Counted from the stretch's first letter, positions 27,625-36,960 are shown. The stretch: 50,238 nt of DNA from a virus (IMGVR_UViG_3300049194_000060:1-50238), one strand, 5' to 3'. A program made the numbers and translations. Notes: generated by a model not told the origin, from the sequence alone.

Positions 27625-27912
27625 TCACCTCGCCCCTGCTGCTTTGGCGATCCCGATGGCCGTACGGATGGCGCTGCTGAGCGTCCGCTGCGTGTAGGAA
27701 GATGCGATCCCTTTCTCGTGCTGCAGCTTGAAGGTGATCGTTCCGTCCGCCCGGTGGCTCGCGTCGATCACCCGCCGCTCCACCGGATTCGCCGCTAGCC
27801 ACTCCGCCAGCAGGTCAAGGGCCTCCGCGTCCGTTACCGGCGCGTGGCTCAACTCACCGCCGGACGCATCCGCGGCGCTATTCGTATCCCCAGGTTTCTT
27901 GCTAGATGCCAT
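27625..27912 (-). CDS. Hypothetical protein
   Basis: ATG 27912 (MASSKKPG...) follows a cluster of CATAGC/TAGC motifs. Confidence 0.55.
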   Translation of the reverse strand: MASSKKPGDTNSAADASGGELSHAPVTDAEALDLLAEWLAANPVERRVIDASHRADGTITFKLQHEKGIASSYTQRTLSSAIRTAIGIAKAAGAR

Positions 27913-28022
27913 GGCATAGCGATCTAGCGGATCTAGCATGCTATGCAATCTCTTTTTCCGTCGCATCCCGTAACTCCCCGAATATCCCCGATTCTTCGTT
28001 GCTCTTAGGCCCGGCGGCCGAC

Positions 28023-28039
28023 ATAGCGCGCGCTATACT
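28023..28039 (+). promoter_or_regulatory. Palindromic operator-like site overlapping a -10 box
   Basis: ATAGCGCGCGCTAT palindrome overlapping TATACT. Confidence 0.55.
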
Positions 28040-28126
28040 TGCTATGGTGCGCCGGGCTGCTGCGTCGTTCGCTGCTCTCCTTCCGATGCCTCCCGGCGCA
28101 CCACCTACCCCAACGGAGCAGCGGTA

Positions 28127-28996
28127 ATGGGCAAACTGGTATCGGAGATGACGCGCGCTGAGCGCGAAGCGGAGCGGCAACGTCACAAGGAGAAACGCGC
28201 TAGGGCGCGAGGGGAGGGCGGCACCCTGTATCGCATCCTCGTGATCCCTGACTGCCACCACCCCTACGCTGACGCACTGGCGTGGAGCACCTGCCTGGCG
28301 GCTGCCGCGACGCTGCGCCCGGATTGCGCCGTAATCATCGGGGACTTTCCCGATTGCTACGCCGTGACGAGCCACACCAAGGATCCCCGGCGCCGCAAGC
28401 CGCAGCAGATGGCCTGGGAGATGGATCGGACGAACGAGGAAGCCGATCGGCTGCAAGCCATTGGCCTCGACCGCGTGGAATACGTGGAGGGGAACCACGA
28501 GACGCGGTTGACCCGCTTCATCGCGGAGCATGCCCCCGAGCTCGACGGCATGGCGGGCCTCACGGTGCGTGAGCAGCTGCGCGTGGATGCGCGCGGGTGG
28601 GGCTGGACGCCGTATAAGGAGTCGCTGCGCATCGGCGAGATGAACTTCACGCACGACGTGGAGCGCTGCGGCGTGAATACCGCTCGCCAGTCCCTCCAGG
28701 ACTATGGCCATAACATCACCATCGGCCACTCCCACCGAGCTGGTATAGCATACGCGGGGAACACCGTAGGTGAAACCCATGTGGGGCTAAACGTTGGGTG
28801 GCTCGGCGATTATTCCTCCGTGGACTACCGGCACCGCGATATGGCCCGCCGGGAGTGGCAGCACGGCTTTGGGTGGATCTCCCAGACGCCGGACGGCGTC
28901 TCCTGGGCACAATTCATTCCCATCATAAACGGCCGGTGCGTCGTGGACGGCACGTTGGTCTCAGGGCGCGGCTATGGGCGACGGCGCGCGGCCTAG
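28127..28996 (+). CDS. Calcineurin-like metallophosphoesterase
   Basis: Five motifs: PDCH, GDFPD, GNHE, THD and GHSH. Confidence 0.9.
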   Translation: MGKLVSEMTRAEREAERQRHKEKRARARGEGGTLYRILVIPDCHHPYADALAWSTCLAAAATLRPDCAVIIGDFPDCYAVTSHTKDPRRRKPQQMAWEMDRTNEEADRLQAIGLDRVEYVEGNHETRLTRFIAEHAPELDGMAGLTVREQLRVDARGWGWTPYKESLRIGEMNFTHDVERCGVNTARQSLQDYGHNITIGHSHRAGIAYAGNTVGETHVGLNVGWLGDYSSVDYRHRDMARREWQHGFGWISQTPDGVSWAQFIPIINGRCVVDGTLVSGRGYGRRRAA

Positions 28997-29405
28997 CATC
29001 CGCATCCGGCGCGTGGAGCTCGACGATCCCCGGCTGGTGGAGGCTGGGGATCTCGATGCGCGGCTGTTCGGTGATCGCTACGACCAGCCCGGCGCGGAGT
29101 GGTGGATAGCAGAGCGTGAAGGGCAGCTGGTGGGCTTCGGCGGCGCGAAGCTGTGGGAGCCTGACGGCCGGGTGTTCCTATGCCGCGCTGGGGTGGCTCC
29201 GGAAGCGAGAGGGCAGGGGCTTCAGAAGCGGCTTATCCGGGTGCGCGTAGCGTGGGCGCGCAAGATAGGCGCCACCGGCTGCTACACCTACACGATCGAC
29301 AACCCGGCATCGCAAAACTCGCTGATAGCGTGTGGGTTCCGGACGTTTTCTCCCAGCTATGCCTGGGGCGGCAGCGAAGCGATCTACTGGTTCCGAGACT
29401 TCTAG
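28974..29405 (+). CDS. GNAT-family acetyltransferase
   Basis: Acetyl-CoA motif A VAPEARGQGLQKRLI and motif B NPASQNSLIACGF. Confidence 0.88.
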   Translation: MGDGARPSIRIRRVELDDPRLVEAGDLDARLFGDRYDQPGAEWWIAEREGQLVGFGGAKLWEPDGRVFLCRAGVAPEARGQGLQKRLIRVRVAWARKIGATGCYTYTIDNPASQNSLIACGFRTFSPSYAWGGSEAIYWFRDF

Positions 29406-29607
29406 CGGCCGCTGCGGCGTAGCGGGGCACGTCCCGCAATGCTGCATCTAGCATCGCGCTACGGTGTCTCACGGTGGCGCAATGCCTCGCGATGAGACAG
29501 GTGCGGCAGCTAGCGCAGCGTCGTAACCTCGCGATAGCATTGGGCTTACATTGTGCGCATTTTTACTATTGCCCCCGGCGTGGCTATTGCTAGGGTCCCG
29601 ACGAGGG

Positions 29608-30054
29608 ATGATGAAAACCACCCATCACGCCATGAACACCAAGAAACCAGATATGCAAACGATGATCGCTTTCGAGCTCGCCAAGCGTGGGCATACGGAA
29701 GCGCTAACGCCCGAAGTGCTCGCGAAGCTCGACACGCCAGATCTCCTGGCGCTCCAGAATGCAGGGATTCCGGGAACCCCCAGCGCGCAACGCGGCTCCG
29801 GCACCCGGCAGAACGTCCTAGCCGCTATGCGTAACCGCAATGGCATCACGGTGCGCGAAGCGGTGCTGAAGGCCTGCAGCGCGGAGGCGCTCACCTCAGC
29901 GGAGGTGATCGATGCGCTGGAGAAGCTGCGCCCCGGCACACCTACACCCACCACACGCGCGGAGATCAAGCGGTTGGAAGTGGCGGGGAGCCTCGTGCAC
30001 TCCGGGCCGCAGATCGGAGGCCGGTACCGCACGATTCCGTCGCTCCGCAGCTAG
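29608..30054 (+). CDS. Winged-helix DNA-binding protein (candidate regulator)
   Basis: C-terminal LTSAEVIDAL...TTRAEIKRLEVAGSL...GGRY wHTH pattern; stands alone with TTGCCC-N16-TAGGGT upstream. Confidence 0.6.
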   Translation: MMKTTHHAMNTKKPDMQTMIAFELAKRGHTEALTPEVLAKLDTPDLLALQNAGIPGTPSAQRGSGTRQNVLAAMRNRNGITVREAVLKACSAEALTSAEVIDALEKLRPGTPTPTTRAEIKRLEVAGSLVHSGPQIGGRYRTIPSLRS

Positions 30055-30057
30055 AGG

Positions 30058-30133
30058 GCTTCGGCCTTCATAGCGGCGGGGGCCGAAGCGCTGGAAGGAG
30101 AGCCGAGGAGCTCCTGTCGGCGCTTTTCTTTTT
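30058..30133 (+). terminator. Tandem hairpins / intrinsic terminator
   Basis: GCTTCGGCC...GGCCGAAGC stem, then GCCGA...TCGGC stem followed by CTTTTCTTTTT. Confidence 0.65.
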
Positions 30134-30148
30134 GTTGCGTCTAGCGGC

Positions 30149-30176
30149 TTGACGGGTTGCTATGCGTTGCTATATC
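30149..30176 (+). promoter_or_regulatory. Sigma-70-like early promoter
   Basis: TTGACG-N16-TATATC with a TG extension; two TGCTAT motifs in the spacer; AAGGAG RBS before ATG 30202. Confidence 0.55.
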
Positions 30177-30201
30177 TAGCGGACCTAGCAAGGAGCCCGC
30201 T

Positions 30202-30372
30202 ATGCGAGAGAGCAACGCCCCGAAAACCGATCCCGCCCCGGCCGACCAAGAGGCACCGGTAAGCGGGCACCGCAGCATACTAGCCCGCGCGGCGCTGGAT
30301 AACGGGGTGCGCCCCGATGACGTGCGTGCGTACCTGCAGGGCGGGCTGACGCAACGGGCGGTGGCGCTATGA
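30202..30372 (+). CDS. Small hypothetical protein, first gene of the early operon
   Basis: Strong RBS; ATGA-coupled to the next gene. Confidence 0.6.
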   Translation: MRESNAPKTDPAPADQEAPVSGHRSILARAALDNGVRPDDVRAYLQGGLTQRAVAL

Positions 30373-30569
30373 ACAGCGGAGCTCGGAGCCGCGGAGCGAA
30401 CAACCCGCGCACTCCTCGCGGCACCGTGGGGTGGCTCTACGATTCCTCGAAGCATGGCACCTTGTGCTACCAGCCGGGGGACAAGCGGCCACGCGCTGAG
30501 CGTCGCGAGGGAGCACGGCGCGCGGCGAAAGAGATGCGTGCGGCGATGCGCGCGGGGCGGAGCTCGTGA
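30369..30569 (+). CDS. Small basic hypothetical protein
   Basis: Coupled on both sides (ATGA and GTGA). Confidence 0.5.
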   Translation: MNSGARSRGANNPRTPRGTVGWLYDSSKHGTLCYQPGDKRPRAERREGARRAAKEMRAAMRAGRSS

Positions 30570-32083
30570 GCGCTGCCGAAAAGCTGGCTCCCGCAGAGCG
30601 CGTGTGGAGCCCGATGCAATCCGCCATCTTCGCGGCTATCGAGAATCCCGCCGGCGGGAACCTGGTGATCGAGGCCCTCGCGGGGACGGGCAAGAGCACT
30701 ACGCTTGAGGAGTGCGTGAAGCGAACGACGGAAGGTGAATCCGTGCTGGTGTGCGCATTCAACAAGCCCATCGCTGATGCGCTGCGTCCGCGGATGCCGA
30801 AAGATGTGACGGTCTCCACGATCCACGGATTCGGCTTCAAGGTTCTCGGGGCCTCGGCTCCCGCGCGCCTCGAGGTGGGGAACTACCTCCAGGACATGGC
30901 GAAGGAAGTTATCGGCCGCGGGTGGGATTCCCGCGAGGCTCGCACTGCCGTGGTGAAGCTCTGCAGCGCTGCGAAGGGGCAGCTGTATACGGCCGATCAA
31001 GGTGCCGATGCGCTGGACGCGATAGCCGATGCGCTGCAGATCCAGTTTCCCCGTCGCGGGTGGGATCGCCGGCGGCTCGTGAACGTCGCGCGGCAGATGC
31101 TCCGCGTAGCGCAGCAGCGCGGCGGCCGAGTGGTGGACTTCGACGATATGATCTGGCTCCCCGTAGTGCGGGGCCTCGAGATCCCACGCTTCAATTGGGT
31201 GTTCGTGGATGAGACGCAGGATCTCAACCCCGCGCAGCTGGCGCTGGTGAAAGCCGCGGGGGATGGGGGGCGCATCGTCGCGGTGGGTGATCGCCGGCAG
31301 AGCATCTATGGCTTTCGCGGCGCGGACCCGGAAGCCATCCCGCGGATGATCGACGAGCTCGCCGCAGAGACCCTACCGCTTAGCATCACCTATCGATGCC
31401 CGCAGCGCGTGGTGCGAGAGGCCAACTCGCTGGTTCCCGAGCTGCAGGCCGCGCCAGGGGCACCGGATGGCATCGTTCGCAATGCCACCGAGGAGGCCTT
31501 GCTACGTGACGCGGCACCGGGTGACATGGTTCTCAGCCGCACCAACGCGCCCCTTATCTCCCTAGCGTTTCGGTGGATCGCGCTAGGCCGCCGCGCGATG
31601 ATCCAAGGCCGGGATATCGGTGCCGGGCTTGCCGCGTGGATCGAAGCCTCGGGATGCGGCACCGGGTTCGGGAGCATCCTCCGCCTACAGCGCGCCGTGG
31701 AGGAATGGCGCCGCGAGGAGATGGCTCGGCTGGAGGAGTTGGAGCGGGACACGCAAGCCGTGGAGGATCGCGCGGCGTGTCTGCTAGCGCTGTGCGAGGG
31801 CCGCACGGATGTCGCGGACGTGTTGCAGCGCATCGCGGCGCTGTTCGGGGATGCGAACCCGGAAGGGGCGATCCTGCTCAGCAGCACTCACCGCGCCAAG
31901 GGCCTCGAGGCTCCGCGGGTGTGGCTACTGCGGGACACCTACTGCGTGCGCCCCGGGCTGGAGGAGGAGAACCTGCTGTATGTCGCGATCACGCGCAGCA
32001 AGGGGGAGCTGATCTACGTCACCGCCGGCGATGTGCCGGGCACCGATTCTGAAACGTCCGAGGAAGAAAGAGAGCAAGAATGA
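30566..32083 (+). CDS. UvrD/Rep-like superfamily 1 helicase
   Basis: ALAGTGKS, FVDETQD, VGDRRQSIYGFRGAD, STHRAKGLE and NLLYVAITR motifs. Confidence 0.95.
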   Translation: MSAAEKLAPAERVWSPMQSAIFAAIENPAGGNLVIEALAGTGKSTTLEECVKRTTEGESVLVCAFNKPIADALRPRMPKDVTVSTIHGFGFKVLGASAPARLEVGNYLQDMAKEVIGRGWDSREARTAVVKLCSAAKGQLYTADQGADALDAIADALQIQFPRRGWDRRRLVNVARQMLRVAQQRGGRVVDFDDMIWLPVVRGLEIPRFNWVFVDETQDLNPAQLALVKAAGDGGRIVAVGDRRQSIYGFRGADPEAIPRMIDELAAETLPLSITYRCPQRVVREANSLVPELQAAPGAPDGIVRNATEEALLRDAAPGDMVLSRTNAPLISLAFRWIALGRRAMIQGRDIGAGLAAWIEASGCGTGFGSILRLQRAVEEWRREEMARLEELERDTQAVEDRAACLLALCEGRTDVADVLQRIAALFGDANPEGAILLSSTHRAKGLEAPRVWLLRDTYCVRPGLEEENLLYVAITRSKGELIYVTAGDVPGTDSETSEEEREQE

Positions 32084-32715
32084 GCAACCAAAACAACGAA
32101 ACCGAGATCGAGAGCACCGAAACCCTCGACCAGCTCGAGGCCGTAATGATGCAGGGCAAGGCCGTGGCTGACGCCGCGCGCGCTGCGCATCCCAGCGTGC
32201 CGTTCGCGCGCCTCGCCAACATGCTGCAGATGGCGGCCGACTGGGCGCGGCAGCAAGCGTGGTGCGACGAGTGCGAGAGCGGCGAGAACCGCCAGAAAGA
32301 TGCGGACGGTGAGGAAGTGATCTCGCTGCTCCGCAACCGAACCGAGCAGCAGATCGGTTTCATGACGATGCTCGGCCTAGCGCCCGCATTCCTGGGGTTC
32401 TACGGCTCCAATCCGGTGGCGGAGCTGGTGCGCGCCGCGAAGGAACACGACTCCACGCGCCGCGTGGCGGACTACATCGCGGGGAATCTCCTCACCGCGT
32501 TGGAGCGCGAAGCGGGCATCGAGATCGCCACCATCGCGGCGGCCTTCATGGCAGACACTGCGATCCTGGGCGTTACGATTCGCGACCCGGAGAATGCGGA
32601 AACGATCTTGGCCCGCGTGGCCGAGGAGCGCGCTTCGCTGGCCGCCGCACTGTCAAAAACGGCTGCAGAGCTGAACGACGAGGAGTCTGTAGAGTCCGGG
32701 CCCGTCGTTCACTGA
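32080..32715 (+). CDS. Hypothetical protein
   Basis: ATGA-coupled ORF in the operon. Confidence 0.65.
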   Translation: MSNQNNETEIESTETLDQLEAVMMQGKAVADAARAAHPSVPFARLANMLQMAADWARQQAWCDECESGENRQKDADGEEVISLLRNRTEQQIGFMTMLGLAPAFLGFYGSNPVAELVRAAKEHDSTRRVADYIAGNLLTALEREAGIEIATIAAAFMADTAILGVTIRDPENAETILARVAEERASLAAALSKTAAELNDEESVESGPVVH

Positions 32716-32741
32716 AGCCGTAGCGGAGAGCCGGAGTCCAC

Positions 32742-32954
32742 ATGTTGCAAGCCAAGCGCCGTTCGATGTTTTACACCTGCCCGGTGTGCGGCGCTTGGCC
32801 CCACATAGCTACTCGTGAGTGTACAGGGTGCGAAGGCGCCCGGGGCGGCATAGCCGTCCTTTTGGAGCGGAAAGCATTGGATAGCGATGCGCCGGCTGCG
32901 GCTGGAGAGGGCGGTGCAACTCCGCCTCCTATCCCCATCGAAGCGCTGCAGTAG
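32742..32954 (+). CDS. Small zinc-ribbon protein
   Basis: CPVC...CTGC; GGAG RBS. Confidence 0.5.
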   Translation: MLQAKRRSMFYTCPVCGAWPHIATRECTGCEGARGGIAVLLERKALDSDAPAAAGEGGATPPPIPIEALQ

Positions 32955-32980
32955 CACTTGCAAAAAGAAGGAGTTTCGAG

Positions 32981-33379
32981 ATGGCCATTCGTAATGATTG
33001 GGGTGCGGAAGTGTCGGCCCAAGAGGTTTTCGATCACGCCGTGCGGCACATGTTAGAGCAGACTGAACGGTGCGAGGACGGCGAGGCGTGTGTGTATCGC
33101 GGCCCGAAGCCCGGCATGGCGTGTGCGCTAGGCGCCTTGCTGACGGACGCGGAAGCTGCTGCGATCGGCGATCACGGTTGCAACGGTGCGACCGCCTACG
33201 GGCTGCGCGAGGGGTCGCTACTGCCGGCGCGTCTGCTCCCGCTCTTTGAGCTAGTGCGCCAGCTGCAGGGCGTCCACGACGGCTGCAACGTGCGACCGCT
33301 TACGCCGGATTACATTACCAGGCTGCGCTACATAGCTGCAGACTTCACGCTCTCGGACGCCGTTCTGGAGGCCCGTTAG
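32981..33379 (+). CDS. Hypothetical phage protein
   Basis: AAGGAG RBS; QEVFD...CVYRG...CALGAL...LQGVHD pattern. Confidence 0.7.
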   Translation: MAIRNDWGAEVSAQEVFDHAVRHMLEQTERCEDGEACVYRGPKPGMACALGALLTDAEAAAIGDHGCNGATAYGLREGSLLPARLLPLFELVRQLQGVHDGCNVRPLTPDYITRLRYIAADFTLSDAVLEAR

Positions 33380-33382
33380 CCC

Positions 33383-34954
33383 ATGAGCTCCAAGCTGCTG
33401 CTCCGCGCGACGCCGGGGGGCGCCTCATGGCTGTGCGACGCAATCCCCCTCGCATACGAGGAAGCGGGGCGGCAGCAATTCGGGGCGATGCCAGGGATCA
33501 CGTGGGTGAAGAACCGCAACGCGCCTAACGGCCGCGGCTTCTATCGCGGGCCCCGGGAGGCAGTGGAGATGGTGGCAAGCCTCCTCGAGTCCGCGGGGGT
33601 TGTGAAGGTGAGCAGTGAGCTCCCGCCGGCGCCGTACGGTTTCGGCGTTGCGCGTCCTGAACGCGGCTGGCCTGCCGGGTTTCGCGATTACCAATGCGAC
33701 GGCGCCGCATGGTGCGCCTACATGCTCCGCACCGAGGGCGCCGCGCTGCTCGCTGACGAGATGGGTATCGGGAAGAGTGCTCAGGCCCTCGCCGCCGCAA
33801 CTGCGCTCAATACCGAGCATGCCGTGGTGGTGGCCCCCGCGATCACGCGCTCCGGATGGTTGAAACAGCAGCAGCGCTGGGCGCCAGGGCTGCAGCTCGA
33901 GGTGTACAGCTACGAGGCGTTTACCAAAGTGGTGAAGGGTGGCGCGATCCTACCAGTGTTCGCACCGCTGCTCATCGTAGATGAGATTCACTACGCCTCG
34001 AATCCCAAAAGTCAGCGAAGCAAAGCCCTCGCCGCGTGGCGTGCCGCCAACCCAGCAGCGCCGATCCTCGGCCTCACCGGCACGCCCATGACAGCCGAGC
34101 CGCGCGACTTGTGGCACCCATTGAACCTCCTTTGGCCGGGGCGGTTCGGTACCCAATGGCAATTCGAAAAGCGTTACTGCGATGGCCGATGGGTGGAGAT
34201 CCCCAACGCGCATAAGACCGTCTGGAGCGCTGACGGCTGCAGCCGCGCCGAGGAGCTCGCGGCCCGACTAGCGCGCGTGATGCTCCGCCGCACGAAGGCC
34301 CAAGTGGCCCTGGAGCTCCCGCCACGCGAGCGCGTGATCGTGGAGGTGGAGATCCCGGTGGTGGCGCGTCGCGCGTTGGCCAAGGCTGCGGTAGCGCTGG
34401 ACGGCAGGGCGGGTGTCTCGAGTCTCCTTTCCAATATCGAGGAATACAAGATCGAGGAGGCCTGCGAGTTGGCAGAGCAGGCCCGCCGCAACGGGGAGCG
34501 CGTGCTGCTGCTCACCACACGCCGCGAGACGGCGGAGGTGCTGGGGAAGCGGCTCAACGCGCCCAGCGCGGATGGCTCGGATTCGGTGGCCGCCCGCGAG
34601 CGACTGTTAGCTAACGCACCGGTGGCCGTGGCTACCCTTTACTCCGTCTCCACCGGTGTGGATTATCTCTCCGGGTTCTCCACGCTGATCATGGTGGGGC
34701 TCGATTGGCTCCCCTCCGTGGTGCTCCAGGGTGAATCCCGCGTGCATCGCATCGGCAGCGATCGGCCGGTCACGATCTATTATCTCATCGGGCGCGGCAC
34801 GTTGGATGAGGTGGTGCGTGAGCGGGTGATCGAACGGCTGGACACATTCGCGGAGCTCACCGGCGGTGACGCATCGGGAGGCTTCGGGGACTCGCTACGC
34901 GGTGGCTCGGAGGAAGAGCTGCTGGCGAGCATTGTTGCGGCGGTGGCGGCGTAG
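33383..34954 (+). CDS. SNF2-family (SF2) helicase
   Basis: LLADEMGIGKS, IVDEIH, LTGTP, MLRRTK and QGESRVHRIG motifs. Confidence 0.95.
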   Translation: MSSKLLLRATPGGASWLCDAIPLAYEEAGRQQFGAMPGITWVKNRNAPNGRGFYRGPREAVEMVASLLESAGVVKVSSELPPAPYGFGVARPERGWPAGFRDYQCDGAAWCAYMLRTEGAALLADEMGIGKSAQALAAATALNTEHAVVVAPAITRSGWLKQQQRWAPGLQLEVYSYEAFTKVVKGGAILPVFAPLLIVDEIHYASNPKSQRSKALAAWRAANPAAPILGLTGTPMTAEPRDLWHPLNLLWPGRFGTQWQFEKRYCDGRWVEIPNAHKTVWSADGCSRAEELAARLARVMLRRTKAQVALELPPRERVIVEVEIPVVARRALAKAAVALDGRAGVSSLLSNIEEYKIEEACELAEQARRNGERVLLLTTRRETAEVLGKRLNAPSADGSDSVAARERLLANAPVAVATLYSVSTGVDYLSGFSTLIMVGLDWLPSVVLQGESRVHRIGSDRPVTIYYLIGRGTLDEVVRERVIERLDTFAELTGGDASGGFGDSLRGGSEEELLASIVAAVAA

Positions 34955-34956
34955 CC

Positions 34957-35148
34957 ATGCCCCGCGCCCGTGAGTCCTGGGATCCCTCCGTTCGCGCGGA
35001 GCTAGAAGAGGAGGGGAGAGTCATGATCAACGCGCTACGCGAATTCCTGGGCCTCGCCCCTCTCTACGGCGCGGACCCGCGAAGCGGCAGCAGCACACCG
35101 CAAACCTTTCCCGCACCGTGGGTGCAGCAAGGCGCGCAACGTGAGTGA
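34957..35148 (+). CDS. Small hypothetical protein
   Basis: Fills the gap between the helicase and ATPase genes. Confidence 0.45.
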   Translation: MPRARESWDPSVRAELEEEGRVMINALREFLGLAPLYGADPRSGSSTPQTFPAPWVQQGAQRE

Positions 35149-35992
35149 ACGAATGTGGAGCCGCAGCGGGGGCGGAGCCCACGGAGCCGAGCCGCGCGAT
35201 GCGGATGCGGAGCAGCTGGATTGGGATGAGCGGGTGCGCGAGATCGTCCAACCCCCCTGGGTGCTGGACGCGAAGGAGATGCTGGCGCGCGCATCCCTGA
35301 AAACCCTCTTCCTCGCGGAGGATGCGATCCCCGCGGGAGCTATCACGTTGATCTGCGGGGCGCCAGGATCCAAAAAGTCGTGGCTGGCGTACGCGCTAGC
35401 TCTCTCCGTCGCCCAGGGGACCGATTGGCTGGGCGCGGAGGTGAATCCTCGAGGCCCCACCCGTAACACGCTGATCCTCAATTACGACAACCCCACCCCC
35501 GAATGCGGCCGGCGGTTCATGCGACTCGGGATGCAGCCGGACGATCCGATCTTTTTTCACTCCGTGGAGCTCGACCCCTTCAGACTCCCGAAACACGCGG
35601 ATGAGGTGCGAGCCCTGGTGGCGCACTACAAGCCCAGCCTCGTGGTGGTGGACAGCCTCCGGCAGGCCCAAACCGAGGATGAGAACGACTCGAAGGCCAT
35701 GGCGGAGATCATGCGGATCTACAAGGGCCTCTACGTCGCCGGCGCATCCGTGGTGATCGTCCACCACGCGGGAAAAGGGGCGCTCACCGAGGGGGTGAAC
35801 AAGGTTCGCGGTACCGGGGAGATCGCAGGGTCTGCGGATGCGGTGATCGATGTGATCCCCGGCGACAGCGATAGCCCCGACATGGCCATATGGACGAAGC
35901 ATCGCGGCTGGGAGCTAACGCCGATGCAGGAGGGCCGAGCCTTCGAGCTCAAGGACGCCGGAGAATCAACGTTTCTGAATCTTAAAGAGTGA
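35141..35992 (+). CDS. RepA/AAA_25-like RecA-fold ATPase (helicase-like)
   Basis: GAPGSKKS Walker A, VVVDSL Walker B, DENDS, IVHHAGK and RGTGEIAGSAD motifs. Confidence 0.88.
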   Translation: MSERMWSRSGGGAHGAEPRDADAEQLDWDERVREIVQPPWVLDAKEMLARASLKTLFLAEDAIPAGAITLICGAPGSKKSWLAYALALSVAQGTDWLGAEVNPRGPTRNTLILNYDNPTPECGRRFMRLGMQPDDPIFFHSVELDPFRLPKHADEVRALVAHYKPSLVVVDSLRQAQTEDENDSKAMAEIMRIYKGLYVAGASVVIVHHAGKGALTEGVNKVRGTGEIAGSADAVIDVIPGDSDSPDMAIWTKHRGWELTPMQEGRAFELKDAGESTFLNLKE

Positions 35993-36017
35993 AACCCGAG
36001 AGAAAGAGAGCACAACC

Positions 36018-36254
36018 ATGATTCGTGTCATCGCAGGTCCGCCGGAATTCCGCATCATCACCGAAACCACCGCAGAGCTGCTGGCCGTGAAGGCCACGTG
36101 GCGAGATCCACAATCCGGGAAGGCGGACAAAGCTGTCACCGCTACCGCCGTGGGGGCGCCGGATGCAACGCAGCGGTGGCTGGTGGCTGCCGTGGAGCGC
36201 ATGGCGGAGCATGTGGCGAAAGCCGCTGGCTGCCGCTGCGTGGTGGAGTGCTGA
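36018..36254 (+). CDS. Hypothetical protein
   Basis: Purine-rich leader; operon position. Confidence 0.55.
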   Translation: MIRVIAGPPEFRIITETTAELLAVKATWRDPQSGKADKAVTATAVGAPDATQRWLVAAVERMAEHVAKAAGCRCVVEC

Positions 36255-36260
36255 GCCGCG

Positions 36261-36308
36261 AAGCGCAGCGCGTGAAAAAAAAGATCGCCCCGCTGCGCTT
36301 TTCTCTTT
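36261..36308 (+). terminator. Possible intrinsic terminator
   Basis: AAGCGCAGCG/CGCTGCGCTT stem with a long loop, followed by TTCTCTTT. Confidence 0.5.
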
Positions 36309-36314
36309 GCGCGG

Positions 36315-36339
36315 CATAGCATGCTATGGCATAGCAATG
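36315..36339 (+). promoter_or_regulatory. Operator-like motif cluster
   Basis: Perfect palindrome CATAGCATGCTATG plus CATAGCAATG, the latter also seen at 3323 and 5523. Confidence 0.55.
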
Positions 36340-36342
36340 CTC

Positions 36343-36456
36343 ATGAACAATGCGAACCGCACCGCCCGCAAGTTTGACACTTACATGACCGGCGTCGCCG
36401 TTTTCGCAATGGTGTGCTGGCCGATTGGGATGTTGGCGCTTGCGGCGTGGCTCTGA
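36343..36456 (+). CDS. Small membrane peptide
   Basis: MNNANRTARKFDTYMTGVAVFAMVCWPIGMLALAAWL with a hydrophobic C-terminus. Confidence 0.45.
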   Translation: MNNANRTARKFDTYMTGVAVFAMVCWPIGMLALAAWL

Positions 36457-36502
36457 ACCGCCCACTAGCTAACGCATCTAGCGTACAATTGGAGACACAA
36501 GC

Positions 36503-36859
36503 ATGACTTCACGACGTGAGCTGCAAGAAAAGTCGGACGCCTACGCGCGGACGAATAGTCCAGTGCCGATTAGCGCTTCGGAGTTGAACGAGTTACTCGC
36601 CGACGCCCGCGCGCTCTGGGCCGTGCGGGTGTTGGATGCAAAGCTCGCACTCATGCCGGCCGAGACGGCATGGGAGACGAACCGGGGCGGCTCAGGGGCC
36701 CACTACGTAGACTTCACTGATGGGATGCGTGACACGTTGGACGGCCCATGGGACGGCTGCATGGGGGCTACCCCCGACGCCGCCCGCCTCGCCGCAGCCG
36801 AGGCCGTGTTCCCGACCCTGCCCGCGGACGTGCGCGCGGAGCTGGGAGAGCGGCCGTGA
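36503..36859 (+). CDS. Hypothetical protein
   Basis: GGAG RBS; GATPDAARLAAAEA motif. Confidence 0.65.
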   Translation: MTSRRELQEKSDAYARTNSPVPISASELNELLADARALWAVRVLDAKLALMPAETAWETNRGGSGAHYVDFTDGMRDTLDGPWDGCMGATPDAARLAAAEAVFPTLPADVRAELGERP

Positions 36860-36960
36860 TCGAAGCTCTGCTTTTCGTCTCGGCTTGCGCACTGCTTGTA
36901 GCGGCCTTCGCGCGTGGGCCCGGCAGCGGCGGAGACCCGTACGAAGGAGAGCGGCCGTGA
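36856..36960 (+). CDS. Small membrane peptide flanked by a 15-bp direct repeat
   Basis: MIEALLFVSACALLVAAFARG...; GGAGAGCGGCCGTGA at both ends. Confidence 0.45.
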   Translation: MIEALLFVSACALLVAAFARGPGSGGDPYEGERP

